Source: Eukaryota sp. GEM-RC1 (taxonomy: Eukaryota). From it: DNA of 64,000 nucleotides. The position numbers and the translations under genes were made by a program. This document shows, in pieces, positions 25,506 to 35,926 of the stretch (position 1 is the first letter of the stretch; each line of letters begins with the position of its first letter). The stretch is from positions 868,001 to 932,000 of the forward strand of contig JAUFOQ010000010.1 of NCBI GenBank assembly GCA_040285855.1. Reading direction: 5' to 3'. The notes beneath the pieces were generated by a model. It saw nothing but the letters and a program-made list of their open reading frames with translations. It ran no database searches and was not told the origin of the DNA.

Positions 25506-27760
25506 TTGCTTCCCTTCATATTGCTTCTGCAACAATCTCTTTCTCTGCAGAAAGACAACCTTCTTACTGACGCTGTCATTACATACGATGGCAACTCTTT
25601 CCACTGTCATTCCTTCGTCGTCAGTGCTTTCAGTCCTGTTCTTAAGGAGAAGAGTCTTGAATCTACCACAATAGAGTTCCCTTTACTTCCTTTTCTTACA
25701 GATCCTGATATCTTCTTCTCAGTCCTGTCAACTCTCTATGGTCAATCTCTTACTGTTACTCCTGAAAATGTCCCCATGCTTTCCTTCATTGCTTCTCTTC
25801 TTCAGTTCCAGGAGTTAAGTGAGTTTGTTACTGAGAGAATGACAAAAGGGTTCGGAAACTTTGCGGACAACAATTTTGAATTGAATTCAAAATAGTTAAT
25901 TTTAATGTTGTAGAATCTTGCCCTAAAGACGTACGTGTTTCTTACAAAAACACGTCTGGTACTTTGAACTCTGTTCTGTTGATTTCGTTTTCGCAAATGT
26001 TTCAGAATTTAATTACATGTGAATTTAAAGATTCAGCTGTTAGAAATTTTGAATTTTCTGATGAATTTCCTGGTGTGCCTGAAGATGTTTTTGGTTTGTT
26101 TTTCGCACTTATTCACTACGAGTATTGTATTTAATTCAATATTTCAAATATTTTGGAGTTTTTTCAATTATCAGTTTATTTCCAAGTAGATCGATTGAAA
26201 TTGGCTTGCCAGGACTTTCTAATTTCTACTTTTTTTCAAAAGAAGAGGTTTTTATTTCTTACATACTTCTAATGAACATAACCAATTTTATTTCGTTGAT
26301 CAAAATTGGGAATTGTTCTCTGATTTTTCAAAAACGGAATATGACCCTTTTCCTTTAAGAGTTTCTTTAATTACATCATTGATGCCTGTTCTTGATCCTT
26401 TTTGGTTGTTTAGTGTTTAATTGAACTATACAAAAATGAATATTCTTTAGATCCACAAACCAATGAACTTTTAAGATTTTCAGATGAGTTTCGAGTCGGA
26501 TTCTTTAACATTTTCGAGCTTATAGATTCTATTGGTGATTCTAACTTAATTTCCACTTTATTGGAGTGGTCAATTTATATTCTTCAAAATGTGAGATGTT
26601 TTAAAACTATTCCTCCAGATTGGTTTCTATGGACCTTACAAAAGAATTCTAAATATTTTACTGATTTACATTTTTTAGTGACTGTTTTCTTTCTATTGTT
26701 ACAATTGAGTCTTTACAGAATTATCCTAATTTGTGTTTGCCAAAGAACTATCTTGAACGTCTTTGCTCATTACTTTTTGGTAATTTCGGTGTGTGGCTTG
26801 GACAGAGTCTGGTGAAATCTTGGAAGAATTCCGGAGAATTCAAATATTCATGGATTGTGTAAGAATTTATTAAATGTATCACATTAATTATGGAAACCAA
26901 AGATGTGGACATATTGAAGTTTTTGAATATTTTAATGGATGTAAGTAATGATCAGGATCTCGGATCTTAATTCTTTGGTTGCAAAGAGTTCCCTAGACTT
27001 CTGTTCATCACGTGAAGAGGAGCTCAAAACTGCTAATCAACTGTATTCAGATGGATTGAACTTTCTTTATGGAAATTCTGTAACTCAGAATTATGAAAAT
27101 GCATTTTCCTTATTAACGGAATGCGCTAAACTCAATCATGTTGATTCTATTTTCAAATTAGGAAGTTGCTATCATTTAGGTTCAGGTGTTAAAAAGAATT
27201 TCGTGAAATCTGCTGAATATTTTAAAAAATCTGCTGAGTTGGGAAATGTTTTTGGAATTCTTAATTTGGGATATTGTTTTTGAAGGGTTTAGGAGTTATC
27301 AAGAATATCAATCAAGCTCTCCAGTTGTTCAAAAAAAGCGGCAGATTTAGGAAATTCTGAAGGTTTGCTTGGTATGTATCGTTGTTGTAAGGCATTAGGA
27401 GGCGAAGAGAATATTCAAGAATGTCTTGGTTATCTGGAAGTTGCTTTTGAAATGGGAAATCCTGAGGTTATATATCAGAAGGGCTGTTTATCGTTAAATG
27501 GCGATTGTGTCGAGCAGAATGAGAGTGATGCTGTCAAATATTTCAAATTAGCCACTGTAGGAGGATCGTCTGGGGCAATGTTAAAACTAGGACGACTTTA
27601 CCGTTCAGGTAATGTTGTGGCAAAAGACAAGCAAAAGGGACTGGAATTGTCTCAGAAATCTGCAAACTTAAACAATTTAGCTGCAATCAATAGACTGGTC
27701 GCTATGTACAACTTGCGCCATTCAAACCGTGCACAACGACAAACCTTTACCGAATTTTGA
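25506..27760 (+). pseudogene. BTB/POZ + Sel1-like repeat protein, frameshifted
   Basis: LTDAVITYDGNSFHCHSFVVSAFSPVL (BTB); LGSCYHLGSGVKKNFVKSAEYFKKSAELGN and further Sel1 repeats at 27030-27720; middle region broken. Confidence 0.75.
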
Positions 27761-28730
27761 ATCACTACGTGTACGTTATTGGGAGAAGAAGAAAGTAGAA
27801 TTAGAAGGTTGTTCACCTACTGACGTTTTGAAAAGAAGAGGCTTGATGTAGTATACAAAGCTGTATGAATTCAGTGTGTATTATATGTTTTAAATCGGAT
27901 TTTTGGCACAACTCTCAGCCAAATCACCAACAATACTTCCCGCCAACTTTTTTCGGAACACTTTGTCTACAATGTACTTTCTCAAAGTGGGCTATGTGAA
28001 TCAATGGTTTCTTGAACCTGATAACATTCCTGACCACGCTTCAATCATCACTTGTTTAAAGATGACTAATAACTTATAATATTTACTCCTTTGACAGTTC
28101 GTCTTCTTTTTGTCTCGTTTAAGAAGTCTCGATATTACATCACGTTCCAAAGAAGTGTAACATCCAATGAAGGAAATATAAATCAAGTGAATAATGTGAT
28201 TGCTTATGTAAACTATTATTGTTCACTAAATTGGTTAATATCATGTACTTAGTATGATGATGAATACGTGTAGAGTCTAATTAGTTATAAATGCATCAAT
28301 AACCATTTCATACATTTTTTTCTATTAATTGGACATAATGCAATTTATCATAAAGTAAGATTTAACTGTGGTGTTATCTACTATTTCACTAACGGAACGA
28401 TATTCCTGGAAACATTCCTTACTGGTGGTACCTATCAAACGTCAGTATAAGAGATCTCATCTGAACATTGAATTTAGGAGGTCCATGATGTCAATTAGTG
28501 CGATTTCAGTTCAAAACAATTTGTTTTTGCAGACTTGAATTTACAAGAGAAAAACTACCAAGCAGTAGGAGATACGAGACTGGTTGAGGAGGCGTAGAAC
28601 CTCCGGAGAGAAGCATTGACAGTAGGGAATGATGATATAGTTATCTTTTTATAAAAAAAAGTTTTTAAGTAAAACTTGATGAACCCAAGATTCACGGTAT
28701 ACCAAACACCATACTTATTACTTAAATATC

Positions 28731-29825
28731 TTAAATATCAAGTAGATCCACTCCATCTATTTTAAGTTTTCTATTAACTTTTAACGCTTCTGCCAAAGCT
28801 TTAACACCTTCAGCTTCAATAGAAGTCCATCCTAGAAAAACACGCAAACCTGTCTCTGAAGCATTCACTTTGAACGCCTCTGCTAAAGCACAAGCACCTT
28901 CATCTCCAATAGAATTAAATGCAAGAGATACAACTGTAACTGAAGTATTCACTTTGAATGCCTCTGCCAAAGCTCTGACACCGTCATTTCCAATACCGTT
29001 CCCGGTAAGAATAATACTTCGAACTGTGGTATTGATTTTCAACGCCTCTGCCAAAACTATAGCGCCTACATCTCCAATAGAGTTGTTCTCAAGGTCAACT
29101 CTTGTAACTACATTATTAATTTTTAGAACTTCTGCCAAAGCTCTTGCACCTTCATCTTCAATGGAGTTGTACCCAAGATTAACACTTGTAACAGTAATAT
29201 TTACTTTCATCAATTCCATCAAAGCCATACAAATAGAAGGATCAACACGCACATGAAGTTGTTTAAGACGTGGAAAGTACTTGCAAGCCTTGTTTAGAAA
29301 CTCCAAGTCATTGTGGTGCTCTAATGTCAGTTCCAATCCTGAAAGTACATGGGAATAACCAAGCAATTCAGTTACGCTAAAGTTGGAGTATACATACAAG
29401 AAAACCGATGGTGTAACTACTCCAAAGTGAGTCGCAAATGAACAGAAAGAGGCAAGCTCTTCAGGAAGTACATGAAACATTGCAGATTCGACAAACATCT
29501 TAACTGAGAGCGAGGCTGATTCGAATAAACGATGGCTCACGTAACCAACTTTGTTGAAGAAGGTAGGTAACTCCATTTTCAAATTGACGAAGGGACGACG
29601 AGATTCACTCTCATTCAATTTGAGAGCAGACTCTAGGTATCGATTGAGAAGGTGGAGATGAATCAGAGCGAGCAAGGACTGTTGTAAACGCAGGTGAAGG
29701 TAATGAGAAAATAAGAAGGAAGACGAAGGGGACGATGTGTCAGAGCTGGCTTTGGAGAGACAGGATCCGGTACACTCAACAACATCAGGAATTGAATCAT
29801 TGTCTTTTGATGGTGGGATAAGCAT
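28731..29825 (-). CDS. LRR family protein (N-domain + 5 LRRs)
   Basis: Open ORF, ATG near 29825; LQQSLLALIHLHLL...KVGYVSHRLFESA...DLEFLNK...FPRLKQL followed by LK[VI]N...N.IG.EGA.ALAE repeats. Confidence 0.9.
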   Translation of the reverse strand: MLIPPSKDNDSIPDVVECTGSCLSKASSDTSSPSSSFLFSHYLHLRLQQSLLALIHLHLLNRYLESALKLNESESRRPFVNLKMELPTFFNKVGYVSHRLFESASLSVKMFVESAMFHVLPEELASFCSFATHFGVVTPSVFLYVYSNFSVTELLGYSHVLSGLELTLEHHNDLEFLNKACKYFPRLKQLHVRVDPSICMALMELMKVNITVTSVNLGYNSIEDEGARALAEVLKINNVVTRVDLENNSIGDVGAIVLAEALKINTTVRSIILTGNGIGNDGVRALAEAFKVNTSVTVVSLAFNSIGDEGACALAEAFKVNASETGLRVFLGWTSIEAEGVKALAEALKVNRKLKIDGVDLLDI

Positions 29826-30259
29826 TTGATTGGTTTTGGTGAAGACAAAATAAAGATTCTGAATCAACAAAACAATACAACATCTCCTCTTCCTACCACA
29901 TTGTCTTCATGAATTTGGTCCTGAACTGTTTCCTGTTGGAAACACTGCTGGTGTGATTTTCACCGTGATAATTCCAAAAACCAAGTCATCCACCATCTTA
30001 GTCCATTAGTGTAGAAGACCGGAGTCAATAATTGGACATGCCATTTGCTTCGTAATCCAAATCAGGCTATTACTCGAATTACAGTATACCCTCGATTTAG
30101 TGACTCTCACTATATAGAGGGTGTCACTATTCAGAAATGTCCCTCTTCAGAGGGTGGTCTGTACCATTCCGTTTTCCTTTGGTAAATTATTTGGACACTA
30201 AGTGTGTGGCATTTCAATGATTTCTCGATCACTTGATTATACCCTTCATTACAGATCTA

Positions 30260-30415
30260 AAAAACGGGGTTTATGATCAATCAGTGAAATAAATGCATTT
30301 GCAGAAGTTGATAACTAACAGACACTAACTAAAGTATCTGAACTATGATCCTTCTGTCCATCACCGAACAACTTACATAAAATTGAATTAAAATATTTGT
30401 GCATTGAACGAAACA
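30260..30415 (-). mobile_element. Extreme 3' end (~155 bp) of a CRE-like retrotransposon
   Basis: Reverse complement of 44690-44842; flanked by possible 7-bp TSD AGATCTA (30253-59, 30416-22). Confidence 0.7.
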
Positions 30416-30607
30416 AGATCTATAATATACACAACAAATTGTTTTGAAAAAAGTAAGTTGATTGGTAACGTTGATGACGTCATTGCATTTTACTACAAAA
30501 CTACAACATTGTACTACAGTGTCTATATTTTCAATCGATCGGGATGTTGAAGATAGATGAACATTGATAATACCGGTCCTGAAAATATAGAAACCTCACT
30601 GTAGTGG

Positions 30608-31804
30608 ATGTGTCATTCTGGACCTTCTCTTTCAATTAATGATGTTCTATCACCTACTGGTACCAATGTATGTGTTGTATCCTCCACTAGTATCTCCTCC
30701 TTGGATCAACCTCACTGTAATGATCGGTCTGCTTTACCTTCACCGTTGAATCCTTCTTCTGAGTTCATTTGGTTCCAACAGTCCCTGGTAGTTCTACTCC
30801 ATTTTCATCTTCTGATGCGTTTCTTGAAATCCCCACTGGAAGCGGGCCACATTCGACCTCGTCGTGTTCTTCTTAAGTTGAAGACAGATATTCCTAAGTT
30901 CTTTATGATAGTTGGCTATGTAAGCCATCGTTTCTTTGAATCAGCTCTTTTGACAACCAAGGTGTTTTTCCAAACAAACACGTTTCATGTCGTTCCAAAA
31001 GACCTTCCTCAACTCTGTTTATTTGCTTCTTTCTTTGGAGCAGAGATAGATTCTGTTTTCTTACACGTCAGAGGGAACTTTCATGCTCCCGAATTTCTCT
31101 GTTATTCTCATTTAACTTCAGGATTGGAAATGGAATTAAGACACCATATTGACTTGGAGTTTCTTAACAAGTCTTCCTTGTTCTTTCCACGTCTTAAGCA
31201 ACTTGATGTGTGTGTTTCGTCATCGATTTCTATGGCAATGATTGAATTGTTGAAAGTAAATTCTACTGTTACAAGTATTGATCTGGTTCAAAACTCTCTT
31301 GGAGATGACGGTGCCAGAGCTTTAGCCGAAGCGTTAAAAGTGAATACTACAGTTACAAGTGTTAATCTGATGGACAACTCTATTGGAGATGAAGGTGCTA
31401 GAGCTTTAGCCGAAGCGTTAAAAGTTAATACTACAGTTACAAGTGTTAATCTGACTTGCAATTCTATTGAAGCTGAAGGTGCCAGAGCATTGGCAGATAT
31501 GTTGAAAGTTAATACTACAATCGTAAGTGTTGATATGTGTAGAAACTCTATTGGAGTTGAAGGTTCTAGAGCATTGTCAGAGGCGTTGAAAGTTAACAGT
31601 ACAATTACAAGTGTTGATCTAAATTTCAACTCTATTGGAGATGAAGGTGCTAGAGCTTTGGCAGACGCGTTGAAAGTAAATACTACTGTTACCAGTATTT
31701 ATCTGAAGAACAACTCTTTTGGAGATGAAGGATCTGAAGCATTGTCGGAGGCGTTAAAAGTTAATAGTACAATTACAATAGAAGGATTAGGTCAATTTGA
31801 ATAA
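30608..31804 (+). CDS. LRR family protein (N-domain + 6 LRRs)
   Basis: Intact 398-aa ORF with the shared N-domain and 28-aa repeats. Confidence 0.92.
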   Translation: MCHSGPSLSINDVLSPTGTNVCVVSSTSISSLDQPHCNDRSALPSPLNPSSEFIWFQQSLVVLLHFHLLMRFLKSPLEAGHIRPRRVLLKLKTDIPKFFMIVGYVSHRFFESALLTTKVFFQTNTFHVVPKDLPQLCLFASFFGAEIDSVFLHVRGNFHAPEFLCYSHLTSGLEMELRHHIDLEFLNKSSLFFPRLKQLDVCVSSSISMAMIELLKVNSTVTSIDLVQNSLGDDGARALAEALKVNTTVTSVNLMDNSIGDEGARALAEALKVNTTVTSVNLTCNSIEAEGARALADMLKVNTTIVSVDMCRNSIGVEGSRALSEALKVNSTITSVDLNFNSIGDEGARALADALKVNTTVTSIYLKNNSFGDEGSEALSEALKVNSTITIEGLGQFE

Positions 31805-32330
31805 GTAATTCTTATTTTTCTTCCGTGTTTTAATACATGACTAACGGTTTCTAAAACTGCTTATTTGAAACAAAACTCTGGAGTATCTAGCAGTAACACT
31901 ACACAAGTAACAACTCCAACAAGAAAGCCAATATCATATGACACTATACATTACCCAGTGTTTTTGCAAATGTCCTGATGCATTGCACTAAAAGGGAAAT
32001 AGTGGTGTTGTACTGTCGTAACAATGAAAAAACAACTAACTTATTCAACCTTTTACATTGCATTTGATGTTATTGACCGTCAAACAAATACTAACTAGTA
32101 TGCTGATGTTTTCCAATTGAAGCTGTGTTGCTTTTGGAAGCAGGTGGTCATTGTGAGGTATTAATTACTTTACAAAAATTTGGAACAACAATCAATCTCT
32201 ATAGAGTCTATACGATATCTGGTAATACTTGAGGTACTTAAGATTGTTTCCATTATTTTAGTTTTGGATTAGAAAATCTCTTGAAAAGTGAATAAAAACA
32301 TGTTATTCCCTCTCCCAATGTAGAGATGGT

Positions 32331-32830
32331 TCAGCGTAAAACATCTACAATAATTGAGTGTACAACGTAATACCCCAACAAAGTATGTTTCGTGACAGAC
32401 TCAACTAGTAGATAATGAAATAATGTCTTCGAGATTGGCATCAGCAACTTCATTTCTAAAGATACACTGGAGATTCTCATGGACAAATGTTGTTTTAATT
32501 GCACTCCTACTACCAGCCCACCTGTCTGTCTTTGATAAAACTTCGATGTTTGCAATAGAGAGTTCAGATCCTTCATTGATGTAAGTGAAGGTTTTCTTGA
32601 TAACAAAATGGTGTAGAAACATATGTTCTTTATACACGTCATCAATTCAAGAACTGACTCACTTACACTCAGTCTTCGATCAGTCAACTGAAAATCAAGG
32701 GCTGAATAGTACTTCTCAGATATGGACGCACTTGGCGCCACCTGAGTTACACTCCGAACCACCACTAACAGATTTGGATAGTCATCAACCCCATTCGACT
32801 ACAGATTATTATTTTCATCACTCAATGTGT
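32331..32830 (-). pseudogene. Fragmented ORF, possibly an OB fold
   Basis: VVVRSVTQV...DFQLTD...INEGSELSIANIEV pattern loosely resembles RPA-type OB folds. Confidence 0.25.
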
Positions 32831-33376
32831 GTGTGAATGTACCAAACTCTTTAACAAACTCTTTTAATGGTTTGATCAGATTTGGCCCATTACCAAAATT
32901 CGAATTGTTTCCTTAAAGCTGGATTAAGTAACAAAATTGGGCATAATTAAAGGCAAAACACAAAACGTGTTGTATCGTCAAACAGGATCCATTGGGTGAT
33001 CTTCTCACCATGTTGAGGAAAGTCTACTTTGAAAGCCATCGTTTCATGAAGGCAGTAAGATCTTGCTCGACTCTGTTGATTTTACTCTACTCTCTCTTTA
33101 AAGCAGATGTGAAATCGTAATTCACTTGTCATGGTTGACAAATTTAACCAATAACTGACAATTATTAATTGTAAGAATGTTGCAAGACATCAAGCAACGA
33201 AGCTGGGAATGAAGTTACTAGTAACTTGGAAGCCACCATTGACATGCGGATCTACTACATTGATTGGATAAACTGTTTTGTTGTCAAACCATTTGAAAAT
33301 TAATACATATATATTTATGAAAATCTATAAATACTTATCAAGTTGAAATACTCCCAATATTTTAACTCCCAATATA

Positions 33377-34759
33377 TTAACTATTGGGAGTTGTTCTATT
33401 ACCTTGCAATGCCTCTGCCAAAGCAACAGTTCGTTCATCTAAAATAGAGTTCCAGCCAAGATCAATACTTTTAATTGTAGTATTAACTTTGAACATCTCT
33501 GTTAAAGCTGTAACACCTTCAGCTCCAAAAGAATTGTTCTCGAGATTAATACTTGTAATTGTAGCATTAACTGTTAACGCCTCTGACAATGCTTTAACAC
33601 CTTCAACACCAATAGAATTTCTACCCAGATCAATACTTGAAACTGTAGTATTAACCTTCAACGCCTCTGCCAAAGTTCTAGCACCTTTAGCTCCAATAGA
33701 GTTTTCATTTAGACGAATACAAGAAACTGTAGTATTAACCTTTAACGCCTCTGCCAAAGCTCTAGCACCTTTAGCTCCAATAGAGTTTTTGTCCAGATTA
33801 ATAGTTGTAACTGTGTTGTTAACTTTTAACATCTCCGCGAAAGCTCTAGCACCTTCAGCTCTAATAAAGTTGTAGACCAGATTAATAGTTCTAACTGTAG
33901 TATTAAATTTTAACGCCTCTGCCAAATCTCTAGCACCTTCATTTCTAATATAATTGTGTGGTAAACTAACACTTGTCATTGTAGTATTAACCTTTAACGC
34001 TTCTGCCAAAGCTCTAGCACCGTCAGCTCCAATAGAGTTCTCATTTAGACGAATACAAGAAACTGTAGTATTAACTTTTAACGCTTCTGCCAAAGCTCTA
34101 GCACCGTCAGCTCCAATAGAGTTCTCATTTAGACGAATACAAGAAACTGTAGTATTAACTTTTAACGCTTCTGCCAAAGCTCTAGCACCGTCAGCTCCAA
34201 TAGAGTTCTCATTTAGACGTATACAAGAAACTGTAGTATTAACCTTCAATAATTCGATGAAAGACATGGAAACAGAATGATAAACACACACATCAAGTTG
34301 CTTAAGACGTGGAAAGAACAAGGAAGACTTGTTAAGAAACTCCAAGTAACTGTGAGTCCTTAACTTTAATTCTAGCCCTGAAATTAAATGAGAATAACTA
34401 AGAAATTCTTCAACAGTAAAACTTCCATCAGCGTATAAGAAAACAGATTGTATCTCTGCTCCAAAGAAAGAAGCAAATGAACAGAGACGAGGAAGGTCTT
34501 TAGGTAGTATGTGAAACACGTTTGATTCAAGAAACACCTTGGTTGCAAGTAGAGCAGATTCAAAGAAACGATGGCTTACATAGCCAACTTTCTTGAAGAA
34601 TGTAGGTAAATAACTCAAGACTTGACCACTAGTGAAGCTGCTACCATCATAGTCATTAGGAATGGGTGAATGACCAAGACCAGGTCTGTCTATTAAGCAG
34701 AAGGCAGCTGAGTCAATGAGACGATCTTTGAAGGGGGAGGAAAGTAGCGGCTGGGCCAA
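33377..34759 (-). CDS. LRR family protein (10 LRRs) with a chimeric alpha/beta-hydrolase-derived N-terminus
   Basis: 460-aa ORF; FCLIDRPGLGHS precedes YLPTFFKKVGYVSHRFF; ten 28-aa repeats. Confidence 0.88.
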   Translation of the reverse strand: MAQPLLSSPFKDRLIDSAAFCLIDRPGLGHSPIPNDYDGSSFTSGQVLSYLPTFFKKVGYVSHRFFESALLATKVFLESNVFHILPKDLPRLCSFASFFGAEIQSVFLYADGSFTVEEFLSYSHLISGLELKLRTHSYLEFLNKSSLFFPRLKQLDVCVYHSVSMSFIELLKVNTTVSCIRLNENSIGADGARALAEALKVNTTVSCIRLNENSIGADGARALAEALKVNTTVSCIRLNENSIGADGARALAEALKVNTTMTSVSLPHNYIRNEGARDLAEALKFNTTVRTINLVYNFIRAEGARAFAEMLKVNNTVTTINLDKNSIGAKGARALAEALKVNTTVSCIRLNENSIGAKGARTLAEALKVNTTVSSIDLGRNSIGVEGVKALSEALTVNATITSINLENNSFGAEGVTALTEMFKVNTTIKSIDLGWNSILDERTVALAEALQGNRTTPNS

Positions 34760-35341
34760 CCATTCCTTGGTCAGTGATTATAGTAATAGGAAGGGATGAG
34801 TTACCGTAGCATACAACGTGGATAGACACTTTGGAGAAGTTTGGGACTGTGAAGAAGTGGCCAGGAGGTGGATGTATAACAGTAAAAGAGGCGTCATGGA
34901 TTGTCTGTAAGGCAAGGAGAAAGAAAAAAGAAAAAGTGTGATGACTGCGATAGGGTAGGAAACGATTGAGGGTTTACTTTGAACAACGTTGTTGTTGAAC
35001 TTTGCTTCTACAGGATCAGGTACAATGGTTAAAAGAACATCTGGATCGTTCTCGGGAGGAGGACGGTGGAGCAAGATCATATACCCCACAGAGAACAATA
35101 CAGAAACAAAAGACATCGTGATAGTAGTGAAGTCGGGGGACAAAAACGAGGTAGCAAAGAAAAGAACGGTTAATACCAAGCATAGCAAGGATACAAAACC
35201 GAGAAAGAAGGAACGACGCTGATTATTGCGGATAAGAACAGACAAAAGACCAATCAAGAAAGTGACAAAACTGCAAGCAGCAACAAAACCGTTTCGTGTT
35301 GAGAAAGCAGGAAGCAAAAACAACACAGGAATAATGGTCAC
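34760..35341 (-). CDS. Multi-TM segment and start of an alpha/beta-hydrolase, probably the 5' part of the 33377-34759 gene
   Basis: About 4-5 hydrophobic helices; alternative frame at 34730-34915 reads PPPGHFFTVPNFSKVSIHVVCYGNSSLPITIITDQGMVGPAATFLPLQ, which joins DRLIDS...DRPGLGHS after two homopolymer indels. Confidence 0.6.
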
Positions 35342-35926
35342 AAGTAGTCATATCGTTCTGTTGATCATTTAGTTGTGATTGGGTTTTTTGTTTCTGGAAG
35401 TAAGGTGTGAGGTGATTCCTCTAGAAACACGTGTTTTCATCGTACATTGTACATGTACATGTTTATCTACACGTCTTTACTGACAACTTACCATTCCACC
35501 TTGATGATGCTGATGACGTTCTCCTCGAGGAATCATTTCTTGTCAACCCTGTCGAACTTTCCCACACCGATACAGGAGCAATTCATCATACTTTTTGTCC
35601 CTAATGACTTCTCAACTACAGATTGTTGATGTCAAGAGTGTGATGTTGCTGTGGGTAGTTTTTGTTATCAAAATTATCAATTAGAATTATAAAGGGTTAT
35701 CTCATCAAGAAGACTGAAACCGGCTGTGATATCACATTTCCTTCTAAGCAGGTTGATAAAGATGACATTGTGACAAGTATAAATTCTGTTAGTAACAACT
35801 ACAATGCCTAATTACTCTACATGTGCTATTTATTTGTTGTGTAAGTATCTAAATTTTACTTCACGAATTAGTACATGTTTAACGAAGATACATCCTCATA
35901 ACAGTAGACATCATACGTAGCAATAA

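Noticed and set aside
30080..30155. Pogo-like end (TACAGTATACCCTCGA) with GTCACTAT motifs, similar to 60620-60655
   Set aside because: Only one end visible; boundaries cannot be supported
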